Sequence record: PP496438.1
Length of the DNA: 64,000 nucleotides
Direction: 5' to 3' (one strand)
Shown: one piece after another, positions 7,829-15,816 of the stretch
How positions within the stretch are numbered: position 1 is the first letter of the stretch
How the letters are laid out: each line of letters starts with the position of its first letter
Position numbers and translations under genes: made by a program
Notes under the pieces: model-generated
Told to the model about the DNA's origin: nothing
Seen by the model: the letters and a program-made list of their open reading frames with translations, nothing else
Databases searched by the model: none

Positions 7829-10225
7829 TTAAATATGCTTTCGTGGGGCGAACTGGCCGATACGAACCACCGAGTCTTGAGCAACGTTCTGCGCGAAGTA
7901 AACGGTAACACGAACAGTCACCGCAGTCTCCGTGCCGTCCCACGTGTAGCGCTGAGTCTCCAGCGATGTCAATGGAACAACGGCGGGCAGGGTGTACGGA
8001 TCTACGTACTTGTCACCGTCTCGGAAGTAGAACACGGTTGATGCGGAGTTGACAGGTTTGGTTACCAGTACCTCGGTAGTTACCCCGAGGATACCGGACG
8101 TAGTACCGTCTACCCGAATCGCACCCACCAGACTGAACACGTCACCCACGGCCATGTTGGCAAGTGAGAAGGTAGTCGTCGGGGAGAACGCCAGATACGC
8201 AGCGGCTACACTAGGCGTACCCCCGAACTGAATTACCTGGTATTCACCGGGACCGTCAGTACGTACTTCTTTGCTCCAGGTGGTAGTCAACCCGGTGAAC
8301 GCCGAGCCAGCAGCCTTGAAGCCGGTCGCAACCACCGAACCTGCTGTGGGGTTGACCGAAGCCGTAGACATGTTCGAGGAACCGAGCAGCAACGGATTCG
8401 CGCCGAGAGATCCGGTCTTGTTAACCGCGCTGTAGAGGTCACCCGAGTCAACTGGCAGGTCAACTGGCAGGAACTCCAGTCTACGAACCAATGGCAGGTA
8501 GGGTTGAGCGAGCTTGAACGCACCTTGTACGTGTGGGTGCAAACCATCACGCAGGTCGGCTTCCACGATAGCGTCCCAGGTATTGACTACCGGAGTCCAC
8601 TTCGACACCTCGTTGGTGATCCAGTTGTGCACTTCGATGTGGTCTGCGAGTGCTTGGCCGGTAAGTGCCTTGTCGCCGAAACGGGGAGTCTCGTTACCCA
8701 CGATAACGATCTTGCCAGCACGTTGCAGGCGGCGGATGATTGCCGTTATGTTACGTTTGGAATCACCTGCAGTCATTGCTGGGGCAGAAGCGGTACGGTC
8801 GTTGGTACTTCCGAGGAAGAACACGATGTCGCCTACCGCAGCAGCAACTGCCTCGACACGTGCCAACATCTCAGCAGTGTTCTGGCCGCCGATACCGAAG
8901 TTCAGCGTGTAAGGCAACCGGATCACGCCGGTGAGCATGGCTACCCAGTTGTAGATGCCATAGTTCTTGGTCGAGAACGCGGTGGATGATGCGGTTGCCG
9001 CGAGGCCTGTAACCGCGTGGTTCATCTCAGTACGGCTGTCGCCGAAGAGGATGACTTCCCGAAGCAAAGGTCGGGACGGGAACACCAGCTTGTTCCAAGA
9101 TCCATTGGATCGAGTGAACTGACCTGGAAGTGATGCACTCACATCCGAGATCAGACCGGATAGATCTGTTTTGCTTGCCAGCCCTACCAGATCTGTTCTA
9201 CTCGCCAGATTAGCGATTTCGGTCTTGGTCGCAGCCCCTGACACGCCCTGACTCAGCGTACTAAGCGAGGTGGACAACCCGTTGATCGTGTTGATATCTT
9301 GAGTGCCAGTATGAGTACCCCGGTCACGCAGACTCGCATCGGTGTCGTTCTTGGTGGCGCCGACAGCAACCCCCGTGAGCTTGTCCTTGTCTGCGGTTAC
9401 GTAAGCATTGGTATCAGGGTTGCTTTCGTACAGCGTCTTGACCTGGGAAGCTGTCACCGGGGTGGCGCTGCTGGAACTCAAGACCCATTTGTTGTCCGAC
9501 GCGTCCCATACGTATCGGGCTACATCTGCACCTGCAACGTCCACGTCAGCATAGTTACCAGCGACCGGCAGCGATACGCCTGCGGTGAGTGCGGACAGCG
9601 ACGTGAACGTACCCCGGAACATCGGACCTTCGACACCCGCCAGCTTGTTCTTCTCCGCTTGGGTGAAGTTGGCCTGGGACAGCGCGTAGCCCGTCTGCTT
9701 TTCTACCTTGGTGTCCAACAAGTTCTGTAAAACGGCCCGAACATAGGCATCGTCGTAGTTGAACAGTTCGGCAAGCTTATTCTTCTGAGCCGCGTCGAAA
9801 TCGTTGGTGGATAGCATCTTGCCGGGGACTACGGCAACTGCACCGAGGTCAGCAGCCGTTTTCGGAATGTAGGGGGCATCAACCAGATCCCCGAACAACC
9901 CGGTGGTAGCCACCTTGGCGAGTCCGGGAATGTTACCCCCGCCACTGGAACCCTCACCTGCCGCGACTGCCGCCGCCGTACTGGTGCTGATCGAGGGGTC
10001 CATGACTCGACGGTGGAACTCTTGAGCGTTGGAATATGAGAGGATCGAGTCTTCGGAGCAAACCAACACGCCCCGTGCTACCTGAGTCCTCAACATCTCG
10101 AAGCTGTTCAGTACGAATTTTTCCGAAGGATAGAAGAAATTACCCTCCGTCAAAGTAGTACCTTCGATGGACAGTCCCTTCGGGGCGGAGGCCGTTCGTT
10201 TGAAACCAATAGATGATGCTGCCAT
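7829..10225 (-). CDS. Tail spike/fibre with SGNH (GDSL-like) esterase domain and C-terminal beta-sandwich
   Basis: SGNH blocks: ILFGDS (I), GIGGQN (II), LGSTND (III), DGLHP (V); N-terminal half has fibre-like motifs. Confidence 0.75.
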   Translation of the reverse strand: MAASSIGFKRTASAPKGLSIEGTTLTEGNFFYPSEKFVLNSFEMLRTQVARGVLVCSEDSILSYSNAQEFHRRVMDPSISTSTAAAVAAGEGSSGGGNIPGLAKVATTGLFGDLVDAPYIPKTAADLGAVAVVPGKMLSTNDFDAAQKNKLAELFNYDDAYVRAVLQNLLDTKVEKQTGYALSQANFTQAEKNKLAGVEGPMFRGTFTSLSALTAGVSLPVAGNYADVDVAGADVARYVWDASDNKWVLSSSSATPVTASQVKTLYESNPDTNAYVTADKDKLTGVAVGATKNDTDASLRDRGTHTGTQDINTINGLSTSLSTLSQGVSGAATKTEIANLASRTDLVGLASKTDLSGLISDVSASLPGQFTRSNGSWNKLVFPSRPLLREVILFGDSRTEMNHAVTGLAATASSTAFSTKNYGIYNWVAMLTGVIRLPYTLNFGIGGQNTAEMLARVEAVAAAVGDIVFFLGSTNDRTASAPAMTAGDSKRNITAIIRRLQRAGKIVIVGNETPRFGDKALTGQALADHIEVHNWITNEVSKWTPVVNTWDAIVEADLRDGLHPHVQGAFKLAQPYLPLVRRLEFLPVDLPVDSGDLYSAVNKTGSLGANPLLLGSSNMSTASVNPTAGSVVATGFKAAGSAFTGLTTTWSKEVRTDGPGEYQVIQFGGTPSVAAAYLAFSPTTTFSLANMAVGDVFSLVGAIRVDGTTSGILGVTTEVLVTKPVNSASTVFYFRDGDKYVDPYTLPAVVPLTSLETQRYTWDGTETAVTVRVTVYFAQNVAQDSVVRIGQFAPRKHI

Positions 10226-10361
10226 AATACTCTCCAGTTCGGTCCTGACTACGTTGTATGTCTATACCACCTTTGATTAGGTGGGACGGAATGCCCGAAA
10301 ACAGATCTGGGAAATAACGTCCTGATTTAACCTGGTATGCGTGTAATTAGGACTTACAGAC

Positions 10362-10398
10362 AAATAAAAGCCCGCACGGCGGGGGCCAATGCGGGCTT
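10362..10398 (-). terminator. Intrinsic terminator
   Basis: Stem AAGCCCGCA/TGCGGGCTT with a U-rich tail on the - strand, right after the 10402 stop. Confidence 0.7.
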
Positions 10399-10401
10399 AG
10401 A

Positions 10402-11598
10402 TTATGCAGAGGGTACAGGATCCCAACTAACCTTGAATACTTTTCCGAGATATTTGACAACCCGGCTGTAGTTCTTGGACTCGTCCATAATGCCGATTAC
10501 GTAGTTGAGCACGTCACCCCTAATCTGTGACTGACTCCACGCTTGGGGTACACCTTTCATATAGTCCAGTGCTGGACCTGGAATCCACTTGGCGCTGGCT
10601 GCGGAGTGCAGCGTCAGGTTGGCCGCACTCATCTCCGTCAGCTTGATCGCACCCAAGTCCCGGAGGACCAGCATCAAGGTGTTGATTGCTCGGTAGCTTG
10701 GCAGGTCCATATTGCGACATACGCCTTGAACCGTGGCGAAGTCGATGAACTCCTTGGGCTTGAACATTTCCGCAGGCTTAGGGTAATGATCTATAGCCTT
10801 GAATGGTTCGTAGTACGGCCCCCTCTCAGTCTTGGGCAGTTCCTTTTCCATCGACCTGACCAGATCGTCAATAGCTTCAGGACACATCGGGCTCTCCCGT
10901 CGTGGTTCGCTGACGATGGTTGCCAACACCTTAGGCGCCGGTTCTTTAGCGGACAGTGGTGGCGATGGATCAACGGCCAGCACCGGCGCCGGAACTTCCG
11001 GTTTGGCCGGGGTCACCGGCTTCGCAGGCTGCGTTTTGGGCGGCTTTGCTGGTTTGGCCGGGGATTGTGTAGCTTTCGGCAGTTTGTTCAAGGCGGAGCG
11101 TTTTACGGGCTTGCGAGTGGCGAGCATGATGTCGAGCGTGTGCTTGGTCTCTGGGCACTTGCACGCGTTCATAAGGTCCACGATGGCGTTGATCGGCATC
11201 ATCATGCTCTCAGCTTGCAATTCTCCGTCAGGAATCTTGATCGGTTTACTTTGGCCCGGCTGACGCACTATCTCGAAGTGCAGCAGGTTGTCAGCCAGTC
11301 CCGGAATGTTGGCCCAGTACTCACAGACGGCTTTGATGTCATCGTGAGTCTTCGGCAGTTGAAGCAGATGCTTACGAAGGGACGCGCCGGAATAGGTGAG
11401 CCCGCAAGACTTGAGTGCCGAAGCAATCTGTTCGAACGAGGCGCCATACGTACGCATCCTGACAATACCCGGCAATGCCTTGTCCAACAACAACTGTACT
11501 TCTTTTCTTATCTTGCGCGGCCCATCATAGTCGTACTCTTCGGCCAGCTTTAGGAACTGGTCAAGATCGAACTGTGGCTTATCAGTTGTGTCTTTCAT
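10402..11598 (-). CDS. Hypothetical protein with N-terminal HTH-like region and Pro/Lys-rich linker
   Basis: GIVRMRTYGASFEQIASALKSCGLTYSGASLRKHL resembles HTH regions of plasmid TraK/StbA-type proteins; central PAKP repeats. Confidence 0.55.
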   Translation of the reverse strand: MKDTTDKPQFDLDQFLKLAEEYDYDGPRKIRKEVQLLLDKALPGIVRMRTYGASFEQIASALKSCGLTYSGASLRKHLLQLPKTHDDIKAVCEYWANIPGLADNLLHFEIVRQPGQSKPIKIPDGELQAESMMMPINAIVDLMNACKCPETKHTLDIMLATRKPVKRSALNKLPKATQSPAKPAKPPKTQPAKPVTPAKPEVPAPVLAVDPSPPLSAKEPAPKVLATIVSEPRRESPMCPEAIDDLVRSMEKELPKTERGPYYEPFKAIDHYPKPAEMFKPKEFIDFATVQGVCRNMDLPSYRAINTLMLVLRDLGAIKLTEMSAANLTLHSAASAKWIPGPALDYMKGVPQAWSQSQIRGDVLNYVIGIMDESKNYSRVVKYLGKVFKVSWDPVPSA

Positions 11599-11651
11599 TT
11601 AGGGTAGTCTCAAAGTGGGGAGGAACCTACCCTCCCCTTGTTACGTACAGG

Positions 11652-12737
11652 TTATACCGGATGGTGGTCTGGGTCAGGGCCGTCCGCAGGTGATGGGGGC
11701 ACCTCCTCGGAATCATCCATATTCCAGATAGGGAGATCAGCTAGCGAAATGTACCGACGCTCCTGACGATCCCCACCGACGCACGCACTTCCCTTGCCAG
11801 CCAAGCGAGGATCATCTACGCTGTCCACGTTCTTGGCGCGGGCGTACGCGAACATCTTCTTGCCGAAATACTCGCCTGCGTACACATTGGAAGCTACGGG
11901 GCTTACGTCTACTGGCCCGCTATAGTTAAGGTGATCCAGTAGTCGATACAGAGTGTAAGGATCGAGCACCCGAGCAGTCTCATCCGTGATGACCAAGTTC
12001 ATCTCACTCATGTAGACCCAATCCTTGGTAGTTGCCTCCAAGATGGCGATGGCGCGCGCAGGGGTAATATGGAGGAACTTCTTGAGCTCTTCATCCCCAA
12101 CCCAAGCGTTGGTCAACCGATCAGGTGATGAATCACCCTCACTCTCTTTGATGTGCAGGTTGAAGTTACCGAATCCTTTACCAAACCTGTCGGCCCAGCG
12201 TGGATACCAGGTTCTCTCCAGCGTGTATTTGGTGTACAGATCAGGGAATACCCAGTGCGAAGGGTGGACGAGGTATCCGGTAGGGCTGTAGCCTAACGTG
12301 CGCTCCACGATCTCCGACATCAAGCAGCAGGTGAAACAGTGCTCCATCTTGCCGACATCGGGGAGGAAGACCACATAACCGAAAGCGTTGCACTTGATCT
12401 CGGAATGGTGGGAGTCCATACCAAGGCACTGGATGTGCGCCGGAATGTCTTTGGACTTGACCACATCCCGGTAGAAGGCTTCGGCCATGGCGATGCTGGA
12501 GCCGACTAAGGTGAGCATCGCTACTTCCCCTGACACCGCAGCTTTCATCACTTCCGTTTCACGGGTGGATCGGCATACTCTGGTCAACGCCATCTTGCTG
12601 TAGCTGTGTAGCAGGCCGCTCAGCGTGGCCGTGAACAGTGGCTCTGAATCAAGTAACACGAACTGCGACGCATCCTCGGGGAAGATGAGGGAGTGTGCAG
12701 AGGATGGACGTACTTCTCTTGGTTTGATATAGCTCAT
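11652..12737 (-). CDS. Hypothetical protein (361 aa)
   Basis: Long ORF with SD AGGA; no family recognised. Confidence 0.7.
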   Translation of the reverse strand: MSYIKPREVRPSSAHSLIFPEDASQFVLLDSEPLFTATLSGLLHSYSKMALTRVCRSTRETEVMKAAVSGEVAMLTLVGSSIAMAEAFYRDVVKSKDIPAHIQCLGMDSHHSEIKCNAFGYVVFLPDVGKMEHCFTCCLMSEIVERTLGYSPTGYLVHPSHWVFPDLYTKYTLERTWYPRWADRFGKGFGNFNLHIKESEGDSSPDRLTNAWVGDEELKKFLHITPARAIAILEATTKDWVYMSEMNLVITDETARVLDPYTLYRLLDHLNYSGPVDVSPVASNVYAGEYFGKKMFAYARAKNVDSVDDPRLAGKGSACVGGDRQERRYISLADLPIWNMDDSEEVPPSPADGPDPDHHPV

Positions 12738-12817
12738 TTGAGTTTTCCTGCGCCATCGCGCATGGGTGGGTGAAAGAGTGGCCTACGCATTGCAGGTCCA
12801 CCCCGGTTGCTTCGGTG

Positions 12818-13108
12818 TTACTCGACGGACACGGTGACGAATGTTACGCCGTCGTATTCCCTTAGTCGCTTGCAGAATTCATCTGCAATTTCCGCCAAGG
12901 GTACGAAGAGCATATCACGGGCCACTGTTTCTACCGCGAAGAAAGACGCATCCGTACGTACGTATATGCGATTGGTCGCTGACTTCGAGGAAGTTTCGTC
13001 TTCACACTCCGTACATACGGCAGTCGAAGATCGGAGCGTGACGGTATACGACTTCGTGCCTTCCGGCTCAAGCCCTTGACTACTTCCTACCTCTTGTGTA
13101 TCACTCAT
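12818..13108 (-). CDS. Hypothetical protein (96 aa)
   Basis: Overlaps the recombinase stop; contains CTEC. Confidence 0.55.
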   Translation of the reverse strand: MSDTQEVGSSQGLEPEGTKSYTVTLRSSTAVCTECEDETSSKSATNRIYVRTDASFFAVETVARDMLFVPLAEIADEFCKRLREYDGVTFVTVSVE

Positions 13109-14657
13109 CTTCTACTTCCTCTTCTTCCTCATCCAGCCCAGCGCCGGACAAGTGGTTGAAATACAACTCCAGTCCACGGCCCGAAGAAATCTGTGCGGCC
13201 AACACTTCACGGATGTCGAAGTCTTTCACTTCCCATTCCGCTGTCAGTTCCTTACGCGCCTTGCCTTTGAACAGAACCAGTTGCTTCAGGTCTTCCCACG
13301 TCAAGTCCAGCTCAGGGATAGACTTGCTGTCGGCGTGCAGCGTAAAGGTCTTCATGTTGCCGGACAACTGGCCGGTCATCCGCAGGTAGTACCACGTATC
13401 CCAGACAGGATCGAAGCCACGACCTTTACCGGTGGCGTCGCTGATCCACAAGCGCTGCCAGATTTCAAGGTTGTCAACCCCGTACTTGTTCTTGATCGCC
13501 TTCATGTTGATAAAGCGATAAGTGTCTGTACCGGACGCCCCTACACTTGGCTCTTCCATCGTGGCGCCGGTGGCCGAGATGAAGTCTGGGCAAACGCGAG
13601 GAGTCTGCATGATCCGGGCACCAGTGGCGTGCTTGATCGCCATACCGCCAGGTTCGTAGTTCGGGTTGCCCATTCGCATACCCGGATTCTGACGGATCTG
13701 GTTGATCGACACCACGGTCGCCATCTTCTTACGGAGTCGGCCCCACACCTTCTTGATGTGTTTGGAGTGCATGCGCGCATCCAGAGCCATACCCCGGCTA
13801 CCATCACCGTCTTCCCCTTCGTCTTCCTCGGTGGTCATCGAGGCGATGGAGTCGAGCAGGATCAGGCACTGCATCATGCCGCCGTTGGGCGACTTCATCC
13901 GCAGCTTGCCCTTGTAGATGGTATACTTGCCCTTGAACTTGCTCATGTTCTCTTTGGTGCGGTCATACAGCAGATACCACTCGCCGTTGATATGCACCTT
14001 GTCGGGCAGCTGTTTCAGGATCGACGACATCACCTTGTAGAACTTCTCGCCCGAAGATTCGTTGTAGTAACGAATGCGAGGCGGGATGATGTAGTTACCT
14101 TTGTCGTCCTTCACGCCGAACATACGCTTCATGCTGATCTTGATGCCTTGAGCTTCGAGCATGTTGACGATGTAGTCTTCGGCACCGGTGTTCTCATAGT
14201 CCCACCAAAAGGACATAGGAACGCCAGCCAAACAGATGGAACCCAACCACGACATCAGGTTGGTGGACTTGCCCGAGCCTTCTGGCCCTGAGAAGTTGTA
14301 CCAGCCGCCGGGATAGATACCACCCGCCAGCATAAGATCGGTGCACAGCATCCCCGTGGACACTCGCCCTTCCCGGAGGATCTCCAAGTCCGATACGCCT
14401 TGGACGATGTTGAAGTGTTCCTCCACCTTGTCAATCATGGCGGTGACGCCCATCATGTCAAGGATTTCGTCTACCATGTCTTCGCGGGACTTGGCAGGTG
14501 GTTCAGCTTTTGCAGCGGCTGCTTTGTTGGCCCCACGCTTCGCGGGTACCTTGGCGTCCTCGATCAGCTTTTCCGCAAGTGCGCTGACCTTTTTCTTGGT
14601 TGCTACCGTCGCAGTCTTGACGGGTTTAGCTTTAGCTCTGGTAGTGGCTGCTGCCAT
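13101..14657 (-). CDS. recA: RecA/UvsX-family recombinase
   Basis: STGMLCTDLMLAGG, Walker A GPEGSGKST, Walker B LILLDSI, INQIR and EPGGMAIKH motifs; basic N-tail and acidic C-tail. Confidence 0.9.
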   Translation of the reverse strand: MAAATTRAKAKPVKTATVATKKKVSALAEKLIEDAKVPAKRGANKAAAAKAEPPAKSREDMVDEILDMMGVTAMIDKVEEHFNIVQGVSDLEILREGRVSTGMLCTDLMLAGGIYPGGWYNFSGPEGSGKSTNLMSWLGSICLAGVPMSFWWDYENTGAEDYIVNMLEAQGIKISMKRMFGVKDDKGNYIIPPRIRYYNESSGEKFYKVMSSILKQLPDKVHINGEWYLLYDRTKENMSKFKGKYTIYKGKLRMKSPNGGMMQCLILLDSIASMTTEEDEGEDGDGSRGMALDARMHSKHIKKVWGRLRKKMATVVSINQIRQNPGMRMGNPNYEPGGMAIKHATGARIMQTPRVCPDFISATGATMEEPSVGASGTDTYRFINMKAIKNKYGVDNLEIWQRLWISDATGKGRGFDPVWDTWYYLRMTGQLSGNMKTFTLHADSKSIPELDLTWEDLKQLVLFKGKARKELTAEWEVKDFDIREVLAAQISSGRGLELYFNHLSGAGLDEEEEEVEDE

Positions 14658-14676
14658 GGAGATTTACCTGCGTCGT

Positions 14677-14721
14677 AAATAAAAATGGGGCACCGACCAG
14701 CGAACCGGCAGATGCCCCATT
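14677..14721 (-). terminator. Intrinsic terminator
   Basis: Stem AATGGGGCA/TGCCCCATT plus UUUUUAUUU on the - strand. Confidence 0.7.
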
Positions 14722-14737
14722 AGGGTTGCGCAACAGA

Positions 14738-14914
14738 TCACTTACGTGACTTGCGACGCTTCGCTTTGACCGTACTCACCGCCTTGAAGCCGGGCTTATT
14801 GTAGTCCGGTCTGGCATCGGCGGCGAGGTTGAACAACCCCCCGCTGCTCGGGTCAAAGCCTTTGGCGGATCGGCCCTTCGGCTTACCGCCGCCGGACTTA
14901 CCGCCGGCCTGCAG
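14738..14914 (-). other. In-frame 58-codon basic extension downstream of the UGA of the acidic repeat protein (candidate readthrough region)
   Basis: Hand translation: LQAGGKSGGGKPKGRSAKGFDPSSGGLFNLAADARPDYNKPGFKAVSTVKAKRRKSRK-stop; no ATG; terminator 17 nt after its stop. Confidence 0.55.
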
Positions 14915-15718
14915 TCACTCGATGTCGAGTTCGATCTTCAGCTTTTTGGCCGCTTTGACGATCTTGTCCTTGCCCGCTTCGACAACTTTCTCGACGATGG
15001 CGTCGGTGTCGTCCTTGCGGCCGATGGTGATCTTCAGCGCTTTGGCCAGCGACTTCAGTTCGTCTTCGTCCAGCTCTTCGAGGGCGTCTTGGAGTTCTTC
15101 TTCCTCCTCTTCTTCCTCCTCGTTTTCTTCTTCCTCTTCTTCGCCGTCGCCCAGTTCGATTTCCAGCTCTTCAGCTGCGTCACGAACGTCGTCTTCGTCT
15201 TCTTCGAGGATCAGCGCGATGATCGCGTCTTCGTCGTCTTTCTTGCCGACTTTGATTTCCAGCTCTTTGGCCAGCGCTTTGAGGTCTTTCAGGGAAACTT
15301 CACCGAGTTCGGCTTCGAGGTCGCCTTCCTCTTTTTCGTCTTCCTCTTCCTCTTCCTCCTCGTTTTCTTCTTCCTCTTCTTCGGATTCCTCCAGTTCGAG
15401 GTCGATGTCCAGCGCGTCGGCCGCGTCTTCGATGTCCGACTGCGAAGCACCTTCGGCCAGCGCTTCGGCCATGGCTTCTTCGTCAGCGCCCTTGGCGAAC
15501 TTGACCTTCAGCTTCTTGCCCAGCTGCTTCAGCTCGTCTTCGTCCAGATCGGCCAGCGCTTCGATCAGTGCTTCCTTGTCGTCGCCCTTGTCACCGCCGC
15601 CTTCTTCGTCCAGCTCTTCCGCCAGTTCAGCGATTTCGGCGAATGCTGCCTTGGCCTTTTTGTCCTTGGTCGCTTCTGCTGCTGCTTCGGCCAGTTCGAT
15701 GATTTTTTCAACAGACAT
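14915..15718 (-). CDS. Highly acidic protein with three Rho_N/HeH-like helical repeats separated by poly-Glu tracts
   Basis: Repeats LADLDEDELKQLGKKLKV / LGEVSLKDLKALAKELEI / LEELDEDELKSLAKALKI at about 80-aa period; a 33-nt identical repeat at 15111-15143 and 15351-15383. Confidence 0.8.
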   Translation of the reverse strand: MSVEKIIELAEAAAEATKDKKAKAAFAEIAELAEELDEEGGGDKGDDKEALIEALADLDEDELKQLGKKLKVKFAKGADEEAMAEALAEGASQSDIEDAADALDIDLELEESEEEEEENEEEEEEEDEKEEGDLEAELGEVSLKDLKALAKELEIKVGKKDDEDAIIALILEEDEDDVRDAAEELEIELGDGEEEEEENEEEEEEEEELQDALEELDEDELKSLAKALKITIGRKDDTDAIVEKVVEAGKDKIVKAAKKLKIELDIE

Positions 15719-15816
15719 GGTACATCCTCTTTACGGGTAGGGTGCCAACTAAGGCTCTTTAATCAACGGGGCGCCGTTTGGCTCACCCCGTTATACGAAT
15801 GATTTACAGCGGTCTT

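Noticed and set aside
14915-14917. Genome-wide TGA reassignment (code 4/25) explaining the in-frame extension
   Set aside because: Many genes end in TGA with ATGA start overlaps (399, 2381, 2929, 27289) or directly before the next gene, so TGA is a normal stop here.
14860-14917. Selenocysteine insertion at the UGA
   Set aside because: A 3' hairpin exists, but the position is a disordered junction with no redox or Cys-type motif and I cannot match a SelB-type SECIS; ordinary readthrough is more parsimonious.
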